64,000 bases of DNA, from positions 88,373 through 152,372 of IMG/VR virus record IMGVR_UViG_641201351_000001; one strand, written 5' to 3'. Origin of the DNA: a virus (Duplodnaviria > Caudoviricetes). Within the stretch, counting starts at the first letter, position 1, and each line of letters starts with the position of its first letter. The notes under the pieces were generated by a model. The model was given only the letters and a program-made list of their open reading frames with translations. It did not search any database and was not told the DNA's origin. Below are positions 9,203 through 18,717 of the stretch, piece by piece. Position numbers and translations under genes: made by a program.

Positions 9203-10891
9203 TTACTCCAAATCTTCCATCCTAACGACAAGATATCCTTTGCTCATTAAGTCATTAAAGGCTTGCTTATCATAACCTTCTGTAGCGATTACAACAACAT
9301 CTTTGGGCATTTTTTCTAATCCGTAGATATGCAAATCTGTAATGACTATACCAGGAATATTCTTTTTAGACACATGTTCAAAAACTTTATCAAAAACGCT
9401 ACCACCACCTCCTTTTACACCATTTTTTAAGGATTTATGGAGTTTTGATACGCTATTAACATTTTCTATCTCTTGGAAATCAACATCATTAAAGTAGAGA
9501 TGAACATTAGCATTGTTCTCTACCAAAAACCTCAAGATTTTTATTGATTTCTCTAAATCCTCATTACCCATTGAGCCCGAGGTATCTACAATAACATACA
9601 TTTCAAGGCCAAAGTATTTTTTCTTCCCTAACACTAGACCATCGTTGCTTCTAAAGGATTTCTTTGGGTAAACGATTCTATGTCTAAAATATCCTCCACG
9701 ATACAAACGATTAAATAACTGAAGGACAAACTGAGGAATCTTTATCTTTTCATTTGTGTCAAGAATATTCCTAAGGAATCCACCTGTATTTCCGATGTGC
9801 TTTTTATTTTTCTCCAAAAATCCTTCAAGTATTCTCCTGTTCTTTTCATCATCGTAATCACTAACTTCATTGTTTTCGCCAATAAGTTGGCGAATGATTT
9901 CGTTTTTTATTGCATTATCCAAGGGACCAAATGATGAAGCATTCGCTAAATCTTCTTTAAACTTTGGATCGTTCTTTGCCTTATTCCTTATTTGATTAGC
10001 AACATCATTAAAGATGTTGTTTAGCAGATCAAAGAAGTTTTCTTGGGAACCTTGTCCTTGCTGATTGTTATTTTGTTCCTGGTTATTATTGTTTTGTACA
10101 CCCTGATTCTGTTGATTGTTTCCCCCTTGGTTTTGCTGGTTATTACCTTGATTCTGTTGATTATTCTCCTCTTGATTTTGCTGATTATCATTATCTTGTT
10201 TACCTTGATTTTGCTGACTATTTTGATTATTTAAGTGTTTATCAATGGATTCGCTAATCATCTGAGATATTTGTTGTGAAATATCTTCAAAAATATCAAA
10301 GAAGAACTCCATTAGCTCATAATCACTCATTTTCTTCAGTTGCTCAATATTAACGCCTTTAAGATTAGGCTTAAGTAGCATTCCCAAAGTATTAACGCCA
10401 TTGCGAATATTCTTTTCAAAATTTTCAAAACATATACTATTTTCCTTGATTTCCTTAGGATCATCTATAAACTGATACACGATTTCCTGAATAAACAAAT
10501 CCAAAACAAAATTAGTTAGCATCGAATTTATTCTAAAATAATGCTCAAATCGTTTAATATGCGATAGCCTTTGGTGCAAGATTTCGTGAAATAGGGTAGT
10601 TCCAACTGCATTATAAACTGGAGTATACTTTGTAAAAAGTTTTTCGTTAAGGTATATTACGGGCTTATTTTTTTCCTGAGTAGTGAATCCGTACATTCCA
10701 ACATTTTGACCATTAATCTCATCAGGAAAAACATAAATATCGGAAACCAATAAATCCTCGTAACCATTGAGAGTATAAAGTAGAGGTTCTCTATTCTTTG
10801 TACGATTAGGGGCAAAGAGGATTACTTTAAAAATATCCAAATATTCTGTATTTTCTATCTTTTTGGCGTGCTTTTTAATGATGTCAGTCAT
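9203..10891 (-). CDS. HExxH metallopeptidase-like plus vWA domain protein (DUF2201-like), partner of MoxR AAA+
   Basis: HEILH; Q/N-rich linker; MIDAS DTSGS...GGGGS...ITD; adjacent AAA gene. Confidence 0.85.
   Translation of the reverse strand: MTDIIKKHAKKIENTEYLDIFKVILFAPNRTKNREPLLYTLNGYEDLLVSDIYVFPDEINGQNVGMYGFTTQEKNKPVIYLNEKLFTKYTPVYNAVGTTLFHEILHQRLSHIKRFEHYFRINSMLTNFVLDLFIQEIVYQFIDDPKEIKENSICFENFEKNIRNGVNTLGMLLKPNLKGVNIEQLKKMSDYELMEFFFDIFEDISQQISQMISESIDKHLNNQNSQQNQGKQDNDNQQNQEENNQQNQGNNQQNQGGNNQQNQGVQNNNNQEQNNNQQGQGSQENFFDLLNNIFNDVANQIRNKAKNDPKFKEDLANASSFGPLDNAIKNEIIRQLIGENNEVSDYDDEKNRRILEGFLEKNKKHIGNTGGFLRNILDTNEKIKIPQFVLQLFNRLYRGGYFRHRIVYPKKSFRSNDGLVLGKKKYFGLEMYVIVDTSGSMGNEDLEKSIKILRFLVENNANVHLYFNDVDFQEIENVNSVSKLHKSLKNGVKGGGGSVFDKVFEHVSKKNIPGIVITDLHIYGLEKMPKDVVVIATEGYDKQAFNDLMSKGYLVVRMEDLE
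10060..10232 (-). repeat. low-complexity QQNQG/NNQQ coding repeats
   Basis: NNQQNQG units in the translation. Confidence 0.8.
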
Positions 10892-10907
10892 CTTCTCACC
10901 TCCCCTT

Positions 10908-11951
10908 CTAAACGCCCTTTTTGGAGATATTTTGCAAGTATTTGCTCAAGGTACTATTTTTGTGAGTGTGAACATACTCGTAAACATCGGCTTTCCATTC
11001 GTTACCATTGACCAATGCAGTATAGGACAACATATAGTGATCATATTTCTTGTGGTTTTTGTGAATGTAGTCAAAGATTTCGCTAAATTTATTAAGATCA
11101 ATCATTCCTTTCTTTACAAGATCGGCGACATCCACAATCAACGATAACACCTCATTGTCATTTCTAGGATAATCTCCCTTAGCGTAGTTTTTGTAAGAAT
11201 AATACCTACCTTGAATAATATAGTTCTTAAAGGCTAAATATACTTTCCTTCCCGATGATCCAGAGATGATAATATCAAGCTCGCTATCAATAGACATAAC
11301 ATAATCTTCATTTCCTACCATTTCGTTATTGATTAAATCCTTTAGAAGAATAGCAGTACGAGTATTATTCCTTGGAGAAGGATACTGGTTTAAATCATCA
11401 TCTTTTGGCTCTTCGTAAAACATATGATCTGGACTATTAAGAATGAAAGATACAAACAAAGGATTCCCGCCTCTACTCATCGTATACGAAGCCCATTCCT
11501 CTTTTGAGGGAATGGGAAAATCAATAACTACAAACCTCTCTACTAATGGACGAGGGATTATTGTGGCTACTGAAGATTGTTCAGGTTTATTGCCTGTAGC
11601 AATGAAGTAAATATTTTCAAACTTTTTGTCGCCGATTCTCTTGTCAAGTACCAAAGATTGTAAAAGCGAGTGCATATCTGGATTCCTATTCGTCAACTCA
11701 TCAAGAATAACGATTTTATTATTAAGATCAAAGGTTACAAAGTGTAGCATTTCTTCCCTGACTTGTGGGAATGAAATATTTTCTGGAAACATTTGAGAAA
11801 CATTAAGATAGAATACCTCCAAACCCATTTCCCTGGCGATTTCCCAAGATACATTAGTTTTTCCTATTCCCCTATCTCCGAGGAATAGGACCGGGAATCC
11901 ACTAGTAAGAATTTTTTTAGCGATGTTTTTTACCTTTGTTACTCTCTCCAT
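10908..11951 (-). CDS. MoxR-like AAA+ ATPase
   Basis: Walker A GDRGIGKT, Walker B IVILDE, ATGN sensor I, ERF Arg finger, SPR sensor II; promoter TTGACT-17-TAAGCT at 11987-12015. Confidence 0.9.
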   Translation of the reverse strand: MERVTKVKNIAKKILTSGFPVLFLGDRGIGKTNVSWEIAREMGLEVFYLNVSQMFPENISFPQVREEMLHFVTFDLNNKIVILDELTNRNPDMHSLLQSLVLDKRIGDKKFENIYFIATGNKPEQSSVATIIPRPLVERFVVIDFPIPSKEEWASYTMSRGGNPLFVSFILNSPDHMFYEEPKDDDLNQYPSPRNNTRTAILLKDLINNEMVGNEDYVMSIDSELDIIISGSSGRKVYLAFKNYIIQGRYYSYKNYAKGDYPRNDNEVLSLIVDVADLVKKGMIDLNKFSEIFDYIHKNHKKYDHYMLSYTALVNGNEWKADVYEYVHTHKNSTLSKYLQNISKKGV

Positions 11952-12089
11952 CTTTTACCTCCTTTGCCCCTCAAGGGGGCGCTTTTAGCTTAACACAAGC
12001 CGCTACGCAAGTCAAGCGCCTAGGCAAGACAAAAGAAGCAAAGCGCCTAGGCGCAACAAAGAGAATAAGATAGCGTTTACTTATTTTTC

Positions 12090-12785
12090 TCAGAAAACTT
12101 CTTCAAGAAAAATGTTTAGCGAAAAGTGATAGTTGAAATAAAACACTCTATCATTTATTCTTTCACCAGAAAGATAGAACTTGTGATTTAGTGTTTTTGA
12201 AAGGTTGTAGAGTATTTTTTCTTCATTTATTTCTGTTGGCGCTGAAATCAGGTTTTCAAAAAAAGCTTCTTTTAAAACATTGCTGTAAACGCTTGGATTG
12301 CTACGATAATAATAGGCATCTTTTATTGTTGCGAAGTGTAAATAAACGATTGTATCGTAGTTTGAAGGAAGTTTGTAAAGTTTGTCTTCATTTTCTAGTT
12401 CTATTGATAGAAGATGATACTTTTCTTTGATTTTCTTTTTTATTGGGTTTTGTTGAAATGCCAAGCGATAAATCTTTTTTTTGCTCAAAAATTTTTTAAA
12501 CTTGTGAACTACTTGCCCTACAAAGCTATCAAAATCGTTAGGAGTTGTGTAATACTTTTCAAATCCTCTTTTGACCTCAAACCTCAAAGTTGAAGTTTTG
12601 TATTGAACTACAAAAAACTTTGAGGATTCTTCTATTTCTGTTTTCAGCGATATCAACCTTTTTTCAAAGACTTTTAAAAAATCCTCATATGAAAATACAG
12701 ATAAAGTTTTTGTTTTAATCTTATACTTCAGATTGTTTTTCGGCCTATATAAAGTAATCGTGATTAGTTTAGCATCAGCAGACAT
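12090..12785 (-). CDS. hypothetical protein ending EEVF
   Basis: 231-aa ORF. Confidence 0.75.
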   Translation of the reverse strand: MSADAKLITITLYRPKNNLKYKIKTKTLSVFSYEDFLKVFEKRLISLKTEIEESSKFFVVQYKTSTLRFEVKRGFEKYYTTPNDFDSFVGQVVHKFKKFLSKKKIYRLAFQQNPIKKKIKEKYHLLSIELENEDKLYKLPSNYDTIVYLHFATIKDAYYYRSNPSVYSNVLKEAFFENLISAPTEINEEKILYNLSKTLNHKFYLSGERINDRVFYFNYHFSLNIFLEEVF

Positions 12786-12803
12786 ATCTCATTTTTGCAA
12801 AAC

Positions 12804-12843
12804 AAAAAGAAAACTTCACTACCCCAAAACGAGGTAGTGAAGT
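12804..12843 (-). terminator. intrinsic terminator
   Basis: ACTTCACTACC/GGTAGTGAAGT stem with T-tract on minus strand, just after the 12855 stop. Confidence 0.8.
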
Positions 12844-12854
12844 CTAAATATTGC

Positions 12855-13601
12855 TTAGAACAAGCTCATGATGTTGTATTTATCTACGAGGATTTTAGTG
12901 AACTCTTCAGATGTGCTTACCAATCCCTTAACAGCATTCAAAGATTCATTGTTCTTTTCCACAATATTAACCACAAGTTGAACCATATCCCTAACATTAG
13001 TGATGTGGCTCTTCAAAAACTCAGCATTGATCTCGTTTTCTTTTGCTATAGTATTAAGAGCCTTTTTAATGACCCTTGGACCAAAAGCATTTATAAACTT
13101 TTCAAGATCCTTATCATCTACATTTTGTTCAAGGAAAGTATTTGCAACATCTTTGTTTTCTTCAAGGATGTTGATGATTTTGTAGACATCACGCTTCATA
13201 ATATTCCCCTTTGTATGTTTATTGGAAAAGTTTAGAAGAAGTGGCTTGTAAATGATATTTTCCTTAAACATACCAGAATAAGAGTTCACATAGTAGATAG
13301 TATTGTTCTTTGTAAGGAAATAGTACCTAGAGATGTAAACTGGATTATCAGGTTCAAACAATGGATTAATGTTGTCAAGTTCAGAGAACTTGAAAACACC
13401 ATAACGAGAAGTAACATAGTTGAAGAAGAGTTTTTCAGTTTCATGGGCGAAAATGTATTCATCGCTAAAAAGATTAATGAGGACCAAATCATTTTCAAAA
13501 TCCTTAACATTATTTACCCTAAGAACATAGAAGAAGTTTTTACGAAGATTTTCAACGAGATTGACAGACTCTTTAATGTTGTAGATCTTCATCTCTTTCA
13601 T
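12855..13601 (-). CDS. hypothetical protein, helical C-terminus (ends SLF)
   Basis: AAGGAGGT SD; promoter TTGACT-17-TAGGCT at 13643-13671; own terminator. Confidence 0.85.
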   Translation of the reverse strand: MKEMKIYNIKESVNLVENLRKNFFYVLRVNNVKDFENDLVLINLFSDEYIFAHETEKLFFNYVTSRYGVFKFSELDNINPLFEPDNPVYISRYYFLTKNNTIYYVNSYSGMFKENIIYKPLLLNFSNKHTKGNIMKRDVYKIINILEENKDVANTFLEQNVDDKDLEKFINAFGPRVIKKALNTIAKENEINAEFLKSHITNVRDMVQLVVNIVEKNNESLNAVKGLVSTSEEFTKILVDKYNIMSLF

Positions 13602-13765
13602 CTTTACCTCCTTGCCTACCCAAGGCGGGGTAGGCTATGCCTAGCCTATCACTACTGAACTATTTAGTCAAGGGGGCCTGGTAAGCAGAAGGAGAAGCGC
13701 ACTAAGGAATAGGATAGCGTTTACTTATTTTTTGCGGATTAAAAAAATAATCAAAAACATTTCGC

Positions 13766-14158
13766 TTAAAATAGCTCTCTAAATACTACCCTATCCTCAA
13801 GCTTTATGTCAAACTTCATCAGGTCTTCATTTAAAAAGCAGTAAAAACTAATATATGCAAAAATGTGGTAGTCATTGTCTAACTTTTCTGTATTTTTGTT
13901 TTCAACGATTTTGTAAAGAAACTTTTCGTTGCGAATATCAGTATTTTTTGAGAAGATTTTTTCGTCATTAATACAGATGTCTACTTTTACCTTGTGAATC
14001 TTGTTCACTTGAGAGAGGATTTTTCTATTAAGTTTTCGCCAAAAGGGAATAAGGCTACTATGTTCTTTCATACGATAAATAACTTCATCAGATTTTCTAC
14101 ATTGCGAAAGGTTTTGTAGTGTAAGTACAACCTTTACAAATACTTCTTTTCTCTTCAC
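13766..14158 (-). CDS. hypothetical protein ending ELF
   Basis: GTG directly after upstream stop, with GGAGGTG SD. Confidence 0.8.
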   Translation of the reverse strand: MKRKEVFVKVVLTLQNLSQCRKSDEVIYRMKEHSSLIPFWRKLNRKILSQVNKIHKVKVDICINDEKIFSKNTDIRNEKFLYKIVENKNTEKLDNDYHIFAYISFYCFLNEDLMKFDIKLEDRVVFRELF

Positions 14159-14704
14159 TTAAATCACCTCCTTATTAAGGCGAAGCTTCAAGATGATTTC
14201 CAGGAAAATGTACTCGTAAAAATAGTCAGAATATACTTTATATCCGTTATATGTATCAACTTTTCTTTTTCTATATATTGCGGCGTGGATTTCTGGTCTT
14301 TTAACATTATTTTCCAAAAGCTCCGGCAACGCTTGTTTAAAGAACTCGTTAATATTTCTAAGAAGGTAATCCGAATATTTTTCATCATCATTGGGCAAAG
14401 CTTTGAATCTTTTTGGATTTAAACGCTTTCCACGAATATTTGTTTCAATGTTTATATAGAACATATTTTGCTCATTGGGTAAGAATGTGTGCAAGTAGCA
14501 ATATAACTTTTCGGCATGCTCTAATACCTTACAGAAATCTTCAAACTTAGGATTTGAAACTATCCTCATTTTGAAGCTATCATAGATTTCCTTAGAATCT
14601 TCACCACCTATTTCGTTCATAAAGTAATGTGAGGCACCAACATAATATTCGTCAAGATCAGCTATCATTTCCCATTTCCACGCCTCTTTGAGCTTGTCTT
14701 TCAC
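14159..14704 (-). CDS. hypothetical protein ending EVI; family with 14705 and 15244
   Basis: WKWEMI, YYVGxSHY, SNPKFED shared with 14705..15244. Confidence 0.85.
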   Translation of the reverse strand: MKDKLKEAWKWEMIADLDEYYVGASHYFMNEIGGEDSKEIYDSFKMRIVSNPKFEDFCKVLEHAEKLYCYLHTFLPNEQNMFYINIETNIRGKRLNPKRFKALPNDDEKYSDYLLRNINEFFKQALPELLENNVKRPEIHAAIYRKRKVDTYNGYKVYSDYFYEYIFLEIILKLRLNKEVI

Positions 14705-15244
14705 TTAAATCACCTCCCTTAGCATTTCCAGATTTAAAGAAACTTCAAAAAGGACATACTCATAAAATAACGAATCCTCATAATCTTCAATGTCATCATC
14801 TTCTAACTGCACCTTACTTCTCCTGTATATAGAAGCATATATTTTAACATTCTTAATGTTATCTTTCAAAAGCTTTGGCAAGTTCTTTTTAAATACATGA
14901 TTTATCCTGTTCATCATAAAATCTGAATAGCTTTTCCACCTTCTGGGTGATACATAAGAAGTATAAGGCTTTGTGCTTCTAGAATATGGCTCTGTTTCAA
15001 TGTCAATATACAATATGTCCTCCTCCTTGGGAAGAAAGGTTTGAAAATAGGCATAAAGGCTTTCTGCATGCTTTAAGTTTTTGTATAAATCTTCAAACTT
15101 AGGATTTGAAAATATTTTTATTGAAAACTCGGCGTATACTTTCTTTGTATTTTCTTCATCAAACTCATCTACAACATAGTGAGAACTGCCAACATAGTAA
15201 GAAGATAGTTTAGTTATCATTTCCCATTTCCAGATTTTGTTCAT
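14705..15244 (-). CDS. hypothetical protein ending EVI, paralog of 14159..14704
   Basis: clear sequence similarity. Confidence 0.85.
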   Translation of the reverse strand: MNKIWKWEMITKLSSYYVGSSHYVVDEFDEENTKKVYAEFSIKIFSNPKFEDLYKNLKHAESLYAYFQTFLPKEEDILYIDIETEPYSRSTKPYTSYVSPRRWKSYSDFMMNRINHVFKKNLPKLLKDNIKNVKIYASIYRRSKVQLEDDDIEDYEDSLFYEYVLFEVSLNLEMLREVI

Positions 15245-15735
15245 CAGAACACCCCCTTTATCGCAAGAAGAAGTTCTGTTTCAAATGTGGCATATTGAGT
15301 ATATATTTCAGATATTTTGTGTCTTCTCTCAATACCAAGAAGCATCTTAATCTTTTTTGTGTTTTTTGAAACGATTTCTTTTAAAACATTCCTAAAATAT
15401 TGGTTCATTTCAGAAACGATATAGTCTGCATAACTTACACAAGCTTTTACCTCTTTTACATAATCAGGGTGCAAAAGATACATGCCTTCTAAATAGGTTC
15501 TAATGAAAAATCTTTCATCACCATTTAAATCCTCCACAAGATATAAATAAAAATCTTCTCCTTCTTTAAGGAGTTCATAAAGTTTTTCAAAGCTTTTGTC
15601 TTTTACGATTCTTTTTGAGAACTCATCAAAGATTCTAAAACTTTCTATTTCGCCGCCATCATCTATAATATAGGCATGACATTTTACAGACATCATTTCT
15701 ATCTCAGATATTGAATCCCACAAAAGCTTTTGCAC
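15244..15735 (-). CDS. hypothetical protein ending GVF, distant paralog of the two downstream genes
   Basis: similar spacing of W, H-Y, FE-LY, YxDY; promoter TTGACT-17-TATCCT at 15754-15782. Confidence 0.8.
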   Translation of the reverse strand: MQKLLWDSISEIEMMSVKCHAYIIDDGGEIESFRIFDEFSKRIVKDKSFEKLYELLKEGEDFYLYLVEDLNGDERFFIRTYLEGMYLLHPDYVKEVKACVSYADYIVSEMNQYFRNVLKEIVSKNTKKIKMLLGIERRHKISEIYTQYATFETELLLAIKGVF

Positions 15736-16078
15736 GGCTCACCTCCCAGGTCTAGGATAAGGCTCAAGAGGAGTCCAGTCAAGCCCACTCTAGGAAAAGA
15801 TTTGATTTTGCATTTCAAACTTTTTATTTTTCGCTAAACACAAAATGAACTTCTACGCTAACATTTTTATTACTGCACCTTATTTTTGTAAACTACATAA
15901 AAAAATAGCTATTCTTCTAGTATCTTTGGTTTGGCTTGTGTTAAGGTTTAGGATTGCGTTTATTTTTTTAGCAAAAATCTTTAAGCTTTCTCACAAAAGT
16001 TCAATTTATGAGTAAACGCTTAATCATAGTTTGCGAAAAAAAAAATAAAAAATCATTAGAAGAAGGATTTCTTATAGT

Positions 16079-16330
16079 TTAGAAAATCTTTAGATGTTCT
16101 TCGTGCCTCCAAGAATTCCTTGAAACCCAAACATTTAGATTTGGATTATTTTTTATCAAGCTTTCGGCTGAAATTCCAAAATACTTTTCAAATACATCTT
16201 TAAGCTTCTTATTCAAATCTTCCTCATCAACATACTTGTCATTAATTAAAAGATCATATTCATCGATGTTCTTGAAGAATTCCTTGACAACCTTGCCTAG
16301 CGCTTCTTTGAGAGTCCACATTCCTATCAC
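16079..16330 (-). CDS. small hypothetical protein (ends KIF)
   Basis: promoter TTGACA-17-TAGGAT at 16342-16370; the true start may be the downstream ATG. Confidence 0.75.
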   Translation of the reverse strand: MIGMWTLKEALGKVVKEFFKNIDEYDLLINDKYVDEEDLNKKLKDVFEKYFGISAESLIKNNPNLNVWVSRNSWRHEEHLKIF

Positions 16331-16430
16331 CTCCGATGCTCATCCTAGCAAAGGTGTGTCCTTTTGTCAAGCTCTCCTCTTCAATCAAGCGCACTCCTCT
16401 TCAAAGGTATTGCGAATTTTTTTCTAGCGC

Positions 16431-16907
16431 TTAAAAAACTTCGCTTTTTTCGTATTCTGTTCTTATGTTTAATTCATACTTAACATTTTTGCTATTGTTT
16501 TTATTGTTTGCTAGAATATTAAAAACCAAAATAAAAGTGCGGTCTGAAAGTGATTCGCTAAACTTTAAGAGTTTCTTGTAAGTCTTTATTACATATTCCT
16601 CATCTTGCTTATAATCAAAGTTCAATATAACTTTCTTACTCATTGTTGTCTTTAATGTTCTTTCTTTCTTAGTTATATTTCTTTTTCCTGTAGCCTCAAA
16701 ATAAATCTTCATTAGCGCTTTTGTATTTTCTTTTGAGATAGAGTTTTTGAGAATTTTAAAGTATTTTCTAAATAACGCCTCAATATCGTAAAGCTTTTCT
16801 TCTCTAAAATCAATTAGAAAAGCGATGCTTTTCTTCACTTCTTCTTTTTCTTTATTTGCGACAACTGAAAATACTAAATGATATTTCTTTGGTGCAAAAG
16901 GTGTCAT
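16431..16907 (-). CDS. hypothetical protein ending EVF, leaderless
   Basis: promoter TTGACA-17-TAGCTT at 16914-16942. Confidence 0.8.
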   Translation of the reverse strand: MTPFAPKKYHLVFSVVANKEKEEVKKSIAFLIDFREEKLYDIEALFRKYFKILKNSISKENTKALMKIYFEATGKRNITKKERTLKTTMSKKVILNFDYKQDEEYVIKTYKKLLKFSESLSDRTFILVFNILANNKNNSKNVKYELNIRTEYEKSEVF

Positions 16908-17049
16908 GTCTTCAAGCTAACACAATAGCGAAACGCTGTCAAGCGTTGGTACACTAATAATAAAGTCTGGAAAGTCTAGACGATAGACACCTTGGTACAC
17001 TATTACCAAAGTCTGGAGGATAGAGATACTAGCTGAAATATTGACATAG

Positions 17050-17556
17050 TTAGACATAAGGAAAAGTTCTCCTAAACTTAGTCTTTAGTGAAAATTCAAT
17101 TGTCTTTTCACCAGTAAAGAAGTGAGTTCCTAGAGAAAAGGTAAAACTTTTTGCATCTTTATTCTCAAAGATTCTATCTTGTGCTTTTTTAGTTGTAAGA
17201 TAAAAGTCTTCAAGTAATGCGTTTACTTCCTTTGGTGAACCTAGAGTTTTGTATTCGATGTGTGAAGCATACTGATTTAATTTAAAGTTCACATCAAAAA
17301 AGGTTTCTTCGTAGATGCTTAGAATTAATTTTGTTGGCAAGAATTTACTAAACAAATCTAGGAAAAGATTATAGGTTCTAAAAATCTCATCGCTATACAA
17401 ATGAAAAGTGTGCAAGTGTTTTGTAGACTTGGTTTTGAAGTTGATTGATTTGTTTATTTTTTTAATGTTACTTTCTTCTAGTGAAAGGATAACTTCTACT
17501 AATTCAAAGGCAGGATGACAATAAATTTTTACTTTATTTTCTTGCGTGCTTTTCAT
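17050..17556 (-). CDS. hypothetical protein, leaderless
   Basis: start re-set to ATG 17556; promoter TTGACA-17-TATACT at 17563-17591. Confidence 0.8.
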   Translation of the reverse strand: MKSTQENKVKIYCHPAFELVEVILSLEESNIKKINKSINFKTKSTKHLHTFHLYSDEIFRTYNLFLDLFSKFLPTKLILSIYEETFFDVNFKLNQYASHIEYKTLGSPKEVNALLEDFYLTTKKAQDRIFENKDAKSFTFSLGTHFFTGEKTIEFSLKTKFRRTFPYV

Positions 17557-17596
17557 GTTTTGAGTATATGCGATTTGCTTTTTGTTGTCAAGTGTG

Positions 17597-18163
17597 TCAG
17601 AACACATCTTTTGTTTTTTTAAGAACTAAGGCTGCTTTAAGGATATAGTAGAAGTGTTTTGACTCCTCTACAGACGATTTTATGATCAAATAGTTGTATA
17701 CAAAAATTAATCTAGCATTTCGTACAATCGCTTGTTTTGTAGATTCGTTTAGGTTTTCGTTTATTTTTGAAACAAACAAGCTTAAATTTAGGTCTTCAAT
17801 ATAATCTTTTTGCTGTTTGTATTCTACTGAACGAATATCGTTGTTTTCGTCTTCAATTCCTTCTACTAATGCGAAGAATGTAGTTTTGCCTTGAGGATTT
17901 CTTGCTTTGTTCGCTAAAAATCTTTTAAACAGCTTTATTACATCATAAGTTCTCATTAGCGAAACAGTATTTTTTGTTTCGTTGTAATTAAAATCATTTC
18001 TATTAAACCTTTCTTCCTCTGCTGCCAAAGTAAAAAAGCTTTCTATTACTTCTTCTTCTGATTTATCTTTATTGGTGTAGTGTATATAAAAGCACAACGA
18101 AAAATTATCTAGTTCGTAAGGATAGGTATTGATTAACTCAAAAGACATCTTTGCCTCCTTCAA
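17597..18163 (-). CDS. hypothetical protein ending DVF
   Basis: N-terminal PYxL motif shared with neighbours. Confidence 0.8.
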   Translation of the reverse strand: MKEAKMSFELINTYPYELDNFSLCFYIHYTNKDKSEEEVIESFFTLAAEEERFNRNDFNYNETKNTVSLMRTYDVIKLFKRFLANKARNPQGKTTFFALVEGIEDENNDIRSVEYKQQKDYIEDLNLSLFVSKINENLNESTKQAIVRNARLIFVYNYLIIKSSVEESKHFYYILKAALVLKKTKDVF

Positions 18164-18704
18164 AAGAAAGCGTTAATTTAAACAAATTAGTCGAGTTTAT
18201 AGCAGCTTCTTTTGCTTTGTATTTGTAAGAAAGATAAGATATCACTTCAAATTCTTTAGCTTCGAAGTAAAAGACTTTAGGCAGTCCTTGTGCGATATAT
18301 TTGTTTAGGTTTTCGCTAAATAGCGAAATAGAAAATTCTTTTATTGGCGTTTCTATCTTTATCAGCTCATGTTCGTCAAGGTATGCGCATTCTGCAACAC
18401 ATGTCATTTCAAAGTAAAAGAACCTTTCTTTAATAAACTTTTTATCTTTTGAGAAATAGTCTTTCGCAAAATTTTCAAACATATCACGAATTTTTTCTTC
18501 TCCTTTTAGAATAAACAAGTTTCTTTCTTCATCAAAGTCGATGAGATTTTCTCTTAGTTCTATGTAGTTGTCAATAGCGCCAATTTTTTCATATCCTCCA
18601 TTAATTCTTGAATAAAACTTAGAGAAATGTTCAACCTTTGCGCTTTTAAGCGAAAAAGGAACAAAGTTATTAATTTCAATCGCTTTGCTTTTTTCCTCTT
18701 TCAT
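18138..18704 (-). CDS. hypothetical protein ending DVF
   Basis: start re-set after AAGGAGGTG; PFSL motif. Confidence 0.8.
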   Translation of the reverse strand: MKEEKSKAIEINNFVPFSLKSAKVEHFSKFYSRINGGYEKIGAIDNYIELRENLIDFDEERNLFILKGEEKIRDMFENFAKDYFSKDKKFIKERFFYFEMTCVAECAYLDEHELIKIETPIKEFSISLFSENLNKYIAQGLPKVFYFEAKEFEVISYLSYKYKAKEAAINSTNLFKLTLSFEGGKDVF

Positions 18705-18717
18705 GCTCACCTCCTTC

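Larger units (their letters stand above)
932..15965. repeat. dispersed intergenic motif A, GATAGCGTTTACTT plus T-tract (11 same-orientation copies)
   Basis: copies at ~932, 1950, 2598, 4091, 5864, 7085, 8414, 9120, 12069, 13713, 15952; inverted core TAAACGCT at ~200, ~3034, ~16013. Confidence 0.9.

Noticed and set aside
4673-14720. EVF/EVI tail as a mere by-product of an overlapping Shine-Dalgarno (GAG GAG GTG TTT TAA TG)
   Set aside because: True for a few coupled junctions (4673, 14159, 14705), but most tagged ends use GAA/GTA/GTT/GTC codons or have no start codon downstream, so SD overlap cannot explain the pattern overall.
16948-17018. Tandem motif B copies as a mini-CRISPR array
   Set aside because: Only two adjacent copies 21 bp apart with different cores; the other copies are kilobases apart; no cas genes in the window.
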